Positions 9,815 to 19,265 of a stretch of 64,000 bases of DNA are shown here, piece after piece. This stretch comes from an uncultured Rickettsiales bacterium (GTDB lineage: Bacteria; Pseudomonadota; Alphaproteobacteria; Rickettsiales; JABCZZ01), in assembly GCA_964454545.1 (NCBI GenBank), contig CAYVTI010000005.1, forward strand, positions 106 to 64,105, given 5' to 3'. The translations under genes and the position numbers were made by a program. Within the stretch, counting starts at the first letter, position 1; each line of letters begins with the position of its first letter. The notes beneath the pieces are model-generated. The model was not told where the DNA came from. It saw nothing but the letters and a program-made list of their open reading frames with translations, and ran no database searches.

Positions 9815-11016
9815 TACAGATTCATTTTACTGAAGGATTGATATAGCGGGCCGAACACCGCAGCGATGACCCAGAATATAAGCGCGCCCATCACGATGGT
9901 AAGCACGGGCTGAATCATGCCCACCACGTTTTCGACGGCGTCATTTATTTCACGCTCATAGAAGAAATTGATATTTGCAAGCGATTCAGACATGTTGCCG
10001 CTATCTTCCCCGATTTTGAACATGCGCACCACCAGGCTTGGAAACTGGTTCGACATGCGCATGGAAGAGGTAAGGGACATGCCTTCCGACACGCTGCGGG
10101 TCATGGTGTCGATGGATTCCTTCAATACCCTGTTTGCCACCACGTTCTTGGCGGCCTGCAGCGATTCAAGTATCCCTATGCCGCTATTGAACAGCACCGA
10201 GAAGAAGTGGGTGAAACGCGCAAGGTTTATCTTACGGCTGACCTCTCCCAGTATAGGAAGCTTCAGAATAAAGCCATCCACCCGGTAGGCGAAATCTTCC
10301 GAGGTGCGGTAGAAGATGGCGAAAGTGATAATGCCTATGATCGGCAGGCCGAAGATGATATACCAGTAATTAACGAACGCGTCCGAAACCGCGATAAGCG
10401 CCCGCGTGTGCAGGGGAAGAACAAACCCTTGCGCTGTCATGAAAGCGATGAGTTTGGGCACCACGAAGGTCATAAGCGCCGTGATTACGCCGCTCATGAC
10501 GAGCAATAGGGCAATAGGATAGCGTATCGCCTTTTTTACTTTCCGGCGCAGGTCGTTCGTCCATTTCAGATGCTCGGCGATGTGCAGGAACGACTCGGAA
10601 AAGTTTCCGGTCTTTTCACCGGAAGCGATCAACCCGACAAATACTTCGTTAAAAATGTGCGGATAATGGGCTAACGCTTTGGATAGCACTTCGCCATTCT
10701 TTACGTATTCGTGCACCCCGGTCATGACATTCTTCAAGGTATTGGAGTCCGTTGTGTCGCGCACATCCGCTATGGCGTCAAGAAGCGATACGCCGGCGCG
10801 CCCCAACTGCTCCAGGTGCAGGCAGCACACGATCATATCCTGGATTTTTACTTTGCCGGAACTGCTGCCTTTTTTCTCGCGCAGCTCTTTGAAATGGACC
10901 AGATCGAGGCCTATCTGTTTGAGGCGATCCTCAAGATCCACATCATTTTCCGCCGTCACTACGCCTTTTATCGTCCGTCCTATTTCATTAACAGCGGCAT
11001 ATCTGTAATAGGGCAT
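9814..11016 (-). CDS. Type II secretion / type IV pilus platform protein, GspF/PilC family
   Basis: 400 aa. The N-terminus MPYYRYAAVNEIGRTIKGVVTAENDVDLEDRLKQIGL is typical of GspF/PilC. Two repeated GspF-type halves with 3 TM segments. Confidence 0.8.
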   Translation of the reverse strand: MPYYRYAAVNEIGRTIKGVVTAENDVDLEDRLKQIGLDLVHFKELREKKGSSSGKVKIQDMIVCCLHLEQLGRAGVSLLDAIADVRDTTDSNTLKNVMTGVHEYVKNGEVLSKALAHYPHIFNEVFVGLIASGEKTGNFSESFLHIAEHLKWTNDLRRKVKKAIRYPIALLLVMSGVITALMTFVVPKLIAFMTAQGFVLPLHTRALIAVSDAFVNYWYIIFGLPIIGIITFAIFYRTSEDFAYRVDGFILKLPILGEVSRKINLARFTHFFSVLFNSGIGILESLQAAKNVVANRVLKESIDTMTRSVSEGMSLTSSMRMSNQFPSLVVRMFKIGEDSGNMSESLANINFFYEREINDAVENVVGMIQPVLTIVMGALIFWVIAAVFGPLYQSFSKMNL

Positions 11017-11256
11017 ATCCTGGCCTTAATTCCTTGACTCTTCAGTTGCTTCGAGCCGCACGGCGTTGCTGCAGAAACCATGTGAATTATGCGGCAAATT
11101 AAGATTTTGTTCAATGATTAAATATGTTAATATCATATTAGCGCCTTACTATACTAAGGTAATGCGTGGTTTGGCAAATCATGATTTGATCTGCCAGTAT
11201 AAATCTTATGCGTGCGATGTTGGCAAGACACATGGAATAGGCCGGAAGAGGCATAT

Positions 11257-11532
11257 TTGAAGAAGAAGCTGCTGATACTCGTTTTTCTTTGCATCTGCGG
11301 ATGCAGGCCGGTGGAATTGTGGTTTTCCGAACCGGAAGGACCGCCGGAATTCAGGCTGGGATGGGAAGACGGATGCGACACCGGCCTTTCGGCGCAGGAC
11401 AGCGGTTATATGTACCGCGCGGTTTATGGCTACAAGCGGCGTCCCGAAATGGTGGACAACGAGCAGTATAAGAACGGGTGGAATGAAGGATTCAGCTACT
11501 GTCGTTTCAGCGCCGCATCTTTGCTGGACTAG
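11257..11532 (+). CDS. Small Cys-containing lipoprotein, tandem paralog 1 (hypothetical)
   Basis: The track ORF starts at GTG 11212. TTG at 11257 lies 5 nt after GGAAGAGG and gives (M)KKKLLILVFLCICGC, a lipobox signal peptide. The mature part has GWEDGCDTG...FSYCRF. Confidence 0.6.
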   Translation: MKKKLLILVFLCICGCRPVELWFSEPEGPPEFRLGWEDGCDTGLSAQDSGYMYRAVYGYKRRPEMVDNEQYKNGWNEGFSYCRFSAASLLD

Positions 11533-11556
11533 GGTGTATCTTAAGGAGGACGTGTT

Positions 11557-11826
11557 CTGAACCGAAAATTGCTGTTGATAGTGTTGTTGTGTCTCTCCGG
11601 ATGCAGGCCGGTGGAATTGTGGTGGTCACGGCCGGAAGGGCCGCCTGAATACACGGCCGGATGGGAAGACGGATGCGACACCGGCCTTTCGGCGCAGGAC
11701 AGCGGTTATATGTACCGTGCGGTTTATGGCTACAAGCGGCGTCCTGAAATGATGGACAACGAGCAATATAAGAACGGGTGGACTGAAGGCTTCAGTTATT
11801 GCCGTTTCACTGCCGCCAGCAGATAA
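11557..11826 (+). CDS. Small Cys-containing lipoprotein, tandem paralog 2 (hypothetical)
   Basis: The track start is TTG 11569, which is 18 nt from the strong SD AAGGAGGA (11543-11550). In-frame CTG at 11557 is 6 nt from the SD and gives (M)NRKLLLIVLLCLSGC, parallel to paralog 1. The start is therefore uncertain (11557 or 11569). Confidence 0.55.
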   Translation: MNRKLLLIVLLCLSGCRPVELWWSRPEGPPEYTAGWEDGCDTGLSAQDSGYMYRAVYGYKRRPEMMDNEQYKNGWTEGFSYCRFTAASR

Positions 11827-11872
11827 TGCATGATTTATAAGAATTATGTGGTAGGTTGTCTGTAAATACCCA

Positions 11873-12682
11873 ATGCATAGACGACATATGAATGAACCGT
11901 TGCAGATAGCCTGTGTGGCTGATACCACCAAGGTAGCTCAGGAAGCGTATCTTGAAATCGCCAGCCAGTATAAGCTCGTCGATGTGACGCAGAAACGGCG
12001 CGGAGCTTCCGGCAGTACCGCGGATGTCATAGTAGTGCTGGGCGGGGATGGCTTCATGCTCCAGACCATGCACCAGTATATGGCGCGCAACATACCTTTT
12101 TACGGGATGAATTGCGGCACGGTCGGCTTTCTGATGAATACCTATTCTTCCAGCAATCTTATTCAGAGGATTCAGGAAGCGCGCAGCCACATACTGCACC
12201 CGCTCAGCATGTATGCCCGCAATGTCCAGGGCAAGACCTATGAAATGCTGGCTATCAACGAAGTATCCATTTTCCGCCAGAGCAGGCAAGCCGCGAAGCT
12301 TCGGATAACGGTGGATCACGTAGTGCGGATCGCCGAAATGATCGCGGACGGTATACTGGTTTCCACTCCGGCAGGCAGCACGGCCTATAACAGTTCAGCG
12401 GGCGGGCAGATCATACCGCTGGGGGCCAACATACTGGCGCTTACTCCGTTGTCGCCGTTGCGTCCGCGCCGCTGGCGGGGCGCGCTGCTGCATCATAACT
12501 CCTCGGTCATGTTTGAAAATCTTGATCCCGCAAAGCGTCCGGTCAACGCGGTTGCCGACTTTACCGAAGTGCGCGACGTGGTTTCAGTTGCCGTGCATGA
12601 GGATCAGAAAACCAGGATCAATTTATTGTTCGACGCGGAACATAATCTCGAAGAGCGGATTATAAAAGAGCAGTTTATGTAG
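11873..12682 (+). CDS. nadK: NAD kinase
   Basis: 269 aa with VVVLGGDGFMLQ, NxGxxGFL and TPAGSTAYNSSAGG motifs. The alternative start at 11888 (MNEPLQIA) is possible. Confidence 0.9.
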   Translation: MHRRHMNEPLQIACVADTTKVAQEAYLEIASQYKLVDVTQKRRGASGSTADVIVVLGGDGFMLQTMHQYMARNIPFYGMNCGTVGFLMNTYSSSNLIQRIQEARSHILHPLSMYARNVQGKTYEMLAINEVSIFRQSRQAAKLRITVDHVVRIAEMIADGILVSTPAGSTAYNSSAGGQIIPLGANILALTPLSPLRPRRWRGALLHHNSSVMFENLDPAKRPVNAVADFTEVRDVVSVAVHEDQKTRINLLFDAEHNLEERIIKEQFM

Positions 12683-12715
12683 GGAGTGGGGAAAAGGGTT
12701 TTATATTCCTTGTCC

Positions 12716-14358
<1,643 letters not shown>

Positions 14359-14595
14359 AGTTTTTCAGAGCATGTCCTGATGGTGTTATGCATTCTGGTC
14401 TACTGATTACCGGATATCATGAAAATACACAATGAATACCTTGGCCAGCCTGGCGATAGAGAATAAAAGGATTCTATTAAGGGGAAATATTTATTATATG
14501 CAATGCATTAATGAAATATTAACCTGTGATTTAATTCAAGTATTTTCCGGAAATCGTGTTATAATAAAAAGTTGGATATTTTTACCCATGATCCT

Positions 14596-15465
14596 ATGGC
14601 CTCAGAGGTTGCAGTTCAAAAAACTAAAAAAGTCGGATTCCTGCTTACTTTTGCGGAAGTGGCGCTGGGGTTTATCATCGTTGGCCTTTGCATAGGACTG
14701 GTGTTCTGCGGCGCGGAAGTTATAAAAATATCGAAACTCAGGGCGCAGATGAGCCAGATAGCGCATTTTGATGAAGCCATTGCCCAATTTTATGAGAAGT
14801 ATGAAGGCTTGCCGGGAGATCTTCTGGCCGCCAAGGCGGAGCGCGAAGGACTGGTGACGGGGGATGGCACGCCGAGCCATAGCGACGGCGATGGGAAGAT
14901 ATCTCCGTGCAATCCGGGCTGGCAGTATCACATAGGGTGTGAAACCGCGTTGTTCTGGGCGCAGCTTGCAAGCGCCGGGTTCATCTCCGGGAATTACACC
15001 GCCGACAGCAGGCTCGCGGATGAACGCCTTGATAAGGTCAGCGTGACGATGGCTCCTTATCTGCCGGTGTCTCCTATTGATGACGGCGTCTATATCACGG
15101 TATGGAATTCCGACGAGATGCAGCCTTCGCCTGAGCCGAGGCTACCTTATGGCAATTATTTTGAAGTCACGCGGATTGCCGGCGTGCACAAGGAAAGGAT
15201 CAAGGAAAATACGGGCGCCCTGTCTCCGCTTGAGGCGCGCGCGATCGACAACAAGATGGATGACGGATCGCCCTGGAGCGGGCGCATAAAGGTAAACGGC
15301 AACACCTCCTGGCCGGACGATACCTGGGGAATGCTGTCAAGGGCGGGGGCGACCAACTGCGTCTATCTGGATCACACCTATAACAACCGTAATTATTTCC
15401 TCGCGCACCGTCCTTTGTGCCATCTGGCAATCGCGTTTACCTGCTGTGAGAACAAGGATAGGTAG
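14596..15465 (+). CDS. Pilin / pseudopilin-like protein with atypical N-terminal signal (hypothetical)
   Basis: The track ORF starts at TTG 14572; the first ATG is at 14596. The N-terminus is MASEVAVQKTKKVG|FLLTFAEVALGFIIVGLCIGL. It is followed by QIAHFDEAIAQFYEKYEGLPGDL, which is like GspG/pilin alpha1-C. Cys pairs lie in the C-terminal half. Confidence 0.4.
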   Translation: MASEVAVQKTKKVGFLLTFAEVALGFIIVGLCIGLVFCGAEVIKISKLRAQMSQIAHFDEAIAQFYEKYEGLPGDLLAAKAEREGLVTGDGTPSHSDGDGKISPCNPGWQYHIGCETALFWAQLASAGFISGNYTADSRLADERLDKVSVTMAPYLPVSPIDDGVYITVWNSDEMQPSPEPRLPYGNYFEVTRIAGVHKERIKENTGALSPLEARAIDNKMDDGSPWSGRIKVNGNTSWPDDTWGMLSRAGATNCVYLDHTYNNRNYFLAHRPLCHLAIAFTCCENKDR

Positions 15466-15591
15466 AAGATAGTGGAAGTCAGGAATACGAGAACTTAATT
15501 TCCCGGCTTCCTGATTTCTTACCCCTCCGCTTGCATCACTGTTGTTTTGCCACTATAACGCAGGGATAGTTGACTGAAGTGTATATTCGCC

Positions 15592-16698
15592 ATGATGCGC
15601 CTTACCTTTACCCTGTCCATGTACATAGGCAGAAAATTTCTGAACAGCATTGCGCTGGCTTTCGCAGGCATGCTGGTGATCGTGGCGCTTGGCGATCTGG
15701 TCGAGCTGATACGGCGCACTGCCGATGTGAAAGCGAGCGCAGCGGTCATCATGGAAATGCTTTTTCTCAAATTGCCGGAGACCGGGATACAGATCCTGCC
15801 TTTCGCGATCCTGATTGGGGGGATGGTGGCGCTCACCGGCCTCACAAGAACCAATGAGCTTGTGGTGACAAGGGCGGCGGGCGTCTCCGTCTGGCAGTTC
15901 CTCATGCCCGCGCTCATTCTTGTGCTCTTCATAGGCATAGTCTTCGTGACCGTTTTCAATCCGATATCCGCAGCCATGCTTTCGCGCTTTGAGCAGCTCG
16001 AGGCAGAGTATATCACCGGTAAAACCAGCATGCTTTCCGTGTCTTCCACGGGACTCTGGATCCGGCAGGTGGAGCATGACGGTGGAAAGGTGAAAGAGCA
16101 TATATTCCATGCCACCAAGGTGGAACAGGACGGCATGAAGCTGTCGGAAGTGATTGTGTTCAGCCTGGGGGATAACAGTAAATTCATAGGCCGCCTGGAT
16201 GCCGCCTATGCCACTCTGGAGAAGAAACAGTGGCATCTGCACGATGTCATCATCAATGAACCGGGGCATGTGCCTACCCATGCGGACGATGTGCTGCTTA
16301 AGACCGATCTTACCATGGGCCAGATACAAAACAGCTTCGCTTCGCCAGTGACGCTTTCCTTCTGGCGGCTTCCGGCGTTCATCCGGACGCTTGAGAAAGC
16401 GGGTTTTTCGGCGATACACCACCGCATGTACTGGCATGCCCTGCTTTCCAGCCCCATATTGCTCTGCGCGATGATTCTGGTGGCGGCGGTGTTTTCGTTG
16501 CGTCTGCCGCGGCGCGGCGGAGTAACGCTGCTCATCGTTGCCGGGGTGGTGATGGGGTTCCTCGTGCATTTCCTCACCAACCTGGTGTATGCGTTCGGGC
16601 AGTCCGGCGAGATACCGGTGATACTTGCCGCATGGGCGCCCGCGACGATTGCCCTTATGGTGGGGGGTGGGCTGCTACTGCATTTTGAAGATGGGTAG
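15592..16698 (+). CDS. lptG: LPS export ABC transporter permease, LptF/LptG family (LptG-like)
   Basis: 368 aa. The N-terminus LSMYIGRKFLNSIALAF...LGDLVELIRR, a 6-TM YjgP/YjgQ architecture and a central periplasmic domain. Confidence 0.8.
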   Translation: MMRLTFTLSMYIGRKFLNSIALAFAGMLVIVALGDLVELIRRTADVKASAAVIMEMLFLKLPETGIQILPFAILIGGMVALTGLTRTNELVVTRAAGVSVWQFLMPALILVLFIGIVFVTVFNPISAAMLSRFEQLEAEYITGKTSMLSVSSTGLWIRQVEHDGGKVKEHIFHATKVEQDGMKLSEVIVFSLGDNSKFIGRLDAAYATLEKKQWHLHDVIINEPGHVPTHADDVLLKTDLTMGQIQNSFASPVTLSFWRLPAFIRTLEKAGFSAIHHRMYWHALLSSPILLCAMILVAAVFSLRLPRRGGVTLLIVAGVVMGFLVHFLTNLVYAFGQSGEIPVILAAWAPATIALMVGGGLLLHFEDG

Positions 16699-16771
16699 AG
16701 TTAATTATGGGGCGCGCTGCCCCCGATTTCATTACGTGAAATCTTCCCCACGATAAATAACCATACGTTTT

Positions 16772-16873
16772 CCGTCATTGCGAGGACGGCCGCAGGCCGA
16801 AGAAGCAATCCGGTTCTTTCAATAAGATAGGGTTCTGGATTGCTTCGCTCCCGATAGTTGCTCGCAATGACGG
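16772..16873. repeat. Palindromic repeat element, copy A (GTCATTGCGAGG ... CTCGCAATGAC termini)
   Basis: A 102-bp imperfect palindrome between the convergent lptG and moeB-like genes. Its termini and inner GCAATCC/GGATTGC arms are shared with the copy at 26713-26800. Confidence 0.7.
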
Positions 16874-16900
16874 AATGTATTTTTATCTGCTGAGATGATT

Positions 16901-17650
16901 CTAGCCGCTGCAGCATTCGCATTCCGAATCGCGTATGATGCGTGTTTTCCGTACGGTGAAGGTAAGGGCATCGAGCAGCAATACGTTGCCTGCAAGCGAT
17001 TCGCCGATACCGAGCAGCTCCTTTATTACTTCCATCGCCTGCATGCTGCCGATCGTCCCGGTGAGAGCGCCCAGCACGCCGACATCGCGGCAACCGCGCT
17101 CATCGCCGGGATTGCTGCCCACAAAACAGCGGTAACAGGGATATGCGCCGCCGAGATAGGATTTGAACGCCATAACCTGCCCTTCATACCCCCTTACCGC
17201 GCCTGATACGAGGGGTTTGCGCCCGTGGCGGCAGGCGGCGTTTACCGCGAAGCGCGTGGCGAAGTTGTCGCTGCCGTCGGCCACGATATCGTAATTCCGT
17301 ATGATAGCTGTAGCATTCGAGGTATCTATTTTCTGCGGATATAGGGTTACATTCACTTCCGGGTTCATCTCATATACACGGTCCCTGGCTGCCTCCACCT
17401 TCAGGCGGTTGATGTCCCCGGTTTCAAAGAGCGTCTGACGCTGCAGGTTGGAGAGTTCGACGCGATCATAATCCACGATACCTATGTGACCGATGCCAGC
17501 TGCCGCCAGACAGGAAATCACCGGCGAGCCCAGCCCGCCCGCGCCGATAACCAGCACGTGCGCGTGCTGTAGTTTTTCCTGCCCCTCCCTGCCGATTCCT
17601 GCAAGGGAGATGTTTCTGGCGTAGCGGCGTAATTGTTCTTCTGTAAGCAT
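16901..17650 (-). CDS. HesA/MoeB/ThiF family adenylyltransferase (molybdopterin-synthase adenylyltransferase-like)
   Basis: LTEEQLRRYARNISLAGIGREGQEKL...VLVIGAGGLGSP, with CxxC pairs (CYRC, CECC). The start is taken at ATG 17650 (MLTEEQL) rather than the track's 17719. Confidence 0.8.
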   Translation of the reverse strand: MLTEEQLRRYARNISLAGIGREGQEKLQHAHVLVIGAGGLGSPVISCLAAAGIGHIGIVDYDRVELSNLQRQTLFETGDINRLKVEAARDRVYEMNPEVNVTLYPQKIDTSNATAIIRNYDIVADGSDNFATRFAVNAACRHGRKPLVSGAVRGYEGQVMAFKSYLGGAYPCYRCFVGSNPGDERGCRDVGVLGALTGTIGSMQAMEVIKELLGIGESLAGNVLLLDALTFTVRKTRIIRDSECECCSG

Positions 17651-17657
17651 AACGATC

Positions 17658-17727
17658 AGAGTTGAGAGCTGGGTGACGAGAGTTGAGCGAAGATATATTC
17701 GACTTTCAACTCTGCCCACTCAACTCT
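17658..17727 (-). other. Long imperfect hairpin filling the ftsA / moeB-like spacer
   Basis: The arms pair 17658-17666 with 17719-27 (9 bp), TGGG with CCCA (4 bp), 17679-86 with 17706-13 (8 bp), and CGAA with TTCG (4 bp). Each arm contains two AGAGTTGA motifs. The hairpin starts right after the ftsA stop. Confidence 0.35.
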
Positions 17728-18981
17728 TTAAAAATTATCCTTAAACCACTGGATGATATTCTTCAAATCAAAAGGCAGGGGCTTACGCCGCGCGCTGTCG
17801 GAATGGATTTTCTCCAGCGTGTTGCGTCGCGCGAATTCCATCATGCCGATGGAAGTGGAAAACGCCGCCCCGCTCACCGCTTCGGCGAGGCCGTTTATCG
17901 CGCGCGGCTTGACCTGTCTTACCTGCTTGCCGAGCACGCGGGTAGCGATTTCGCGCATGCCGAGCAACTGGCTTGCCCCGCCGGTCAGCACCACGCGCCT
18001 TCCTGCTATCTCATCAAGTCCCGCCATCTCCAGCTTGTTGCGTATCATCTCGAATATTTCCTCCAGGCGTGGCCGGATGATGCCTACCATGATCGAGCGC
18101 GGTATCATATTGCCGCCGTCTTCGTATTCTTCGCCGAGCGGCGGAACGTCGATCATCGTCTGGTCATCGGAAGATGTCGGGATGGCGCTGCCGTGCAGGG
18201 TCTTGAGGCGCTCCGCATGGGCGATGGAAGTGGAGAGACCCTTCGCCAGATCGCTCGTCACATGCGTGCCGCCAATGGGCGCGACGTCGGTATAGATATT
18301 CCTGCCGCCCGCGAACACCGCCATGCTGGTGATGCCCCCTCCCATGTCGATAAGGGTGACGCCGAGCTGCGTTTCATCCGGCTCAAGGCAGGCAAGGCCG
18401 GAGGCATAGGGCGAAACCACAAAATCGGCGACATTCAGGTGGCAGTTGGCCAGGCAGTTGGAAATATTGCGTATCATGGTGGCGGGCGCGGTGATGATGT
18501 GCAGATCCGCGCTCAGTTTCTCGCCGATCATGCCGCGCGGGTCGTTGATACTCCTGACGTCGTCCAGCGCGTAACTCACGGGAAAGCAATGGATGATTTC
18601 GTGTTCGTCATTCTCGACGTTTGCGCGTCCTTCCTGCAGGATATCCTCCATGTCGCGTTCGGACACCGTATCGCCGGAGACGGTCATCTCCACTTTCAGG
18701 TTATGCGAGGCAATCCCTGCGCCGCCCAGGCTCACCACGACGTTCTCTATGGTTTCCTCCGCCATCTGCTCGGCGGCGTGCACGGCTGCCAGTATCGAGG
18801 TTTCCGCCTCCACGATGTCGATGATATGGCCGCTGCGGATGCCCTTGGACAGCTGGTGGCCGATGCCGCTTACTTCCACGGTGCCGTCGGTGCCAAGCTT
18901 TGCGATGAAGCAGACAACCTTGGTGCTGCCCACGTCGAGCACGGCGAGGTTTCCGCTAAGTCTTTTCAATTTACTGGTCAT
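17728..18981 (-). CDS. ftsA: Cell division protein FtsA
   Basis: 417 aa. LAVLDVGSTKVVCFI, TLIDMGGGITSMAVF, GGTHVTSDLA and VLTGGASQL actin-like motifs. Confidence 0.9.
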   Translation of the reverse strand: MTSKLKRLSGNLAVLDVGSTKVVCFIAKLGTDGTVEVSGIGHQLSKGIRSGHIIDIVEAETSILAAVHAAEQMAEETIENVVVSLGGAGIASHNLKVEMTVSGDTVSERDMEDILQEGRANVENDEHEIIHCFPVSYALDDVRSINDPRGMIGEKLSADLHIITAPATMIRNISNCLANCHLNVADFVVSPYASGLACLEPDETQLGVTLIDMGGGITSMAVFAGGRNIYTDVAPIGGTHVTSDLAKGLSTSIAHAERLKTLHGSAIPTSSDDQTMIDVPPLGEEYEDGGNMIPRSIMVGIIRPRLEEIFEMIRNKLEMAGLDEIAGRRVVLTGGASQLLGMREIATRVLGKQVRQVKPRAINGLAEAVSGAAFSTSIGMMEFARRNTLEKIHSDSARRKPLPFDLKNIIQWFKDNF

Positions 18982-19265
18982 TGTCTGCTAAGGATGAATG
19001 TTAGAAAGAGGATTAACAAGATTCCGGCGATTAATCCAGAGAGATTTCCAAAGAACTTGTCTTAAGGAGATTTGAGTAAGAGTTTTGATTGTTTACAATG
19101 CTTAGATGCTGGGGGCTCTCACATATTAAGTATATCCTGCTGAATAATAATATTATTATATTTTAGTCCGCGATTATGCCCAGTAATTTTGGTGGTGACT
19201 GTAATAATAATTTAACGTTCGTTTGTTATAGTAGTTAGGCTACCTTTAATATATAAAGTTTTTTC

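Noticed and set aside
15553-16569. 338-aa and 222-aa minus-strand ORFs opposite lptG
   Set aside because: Antisense to a clear LptF/G-family permease. The composition is His/Arg-rich and low in complexity.
16701-17093. 130-aa minus-strand ORF spanning palindromic element copy A
   Set aside because: Its sequence (..LLRPAAVLAMTENV..) is a read-through of the repeat, and it overlaps the 3' end of the moeB-like gene in another frame.
17683-19065. 460-aa plus-strand ORF opposite ftsA
   Set aside because: Antisense shadow of ftsA with no recognisable motifs. It would also span the ftsA/moeB spacer hairpin.
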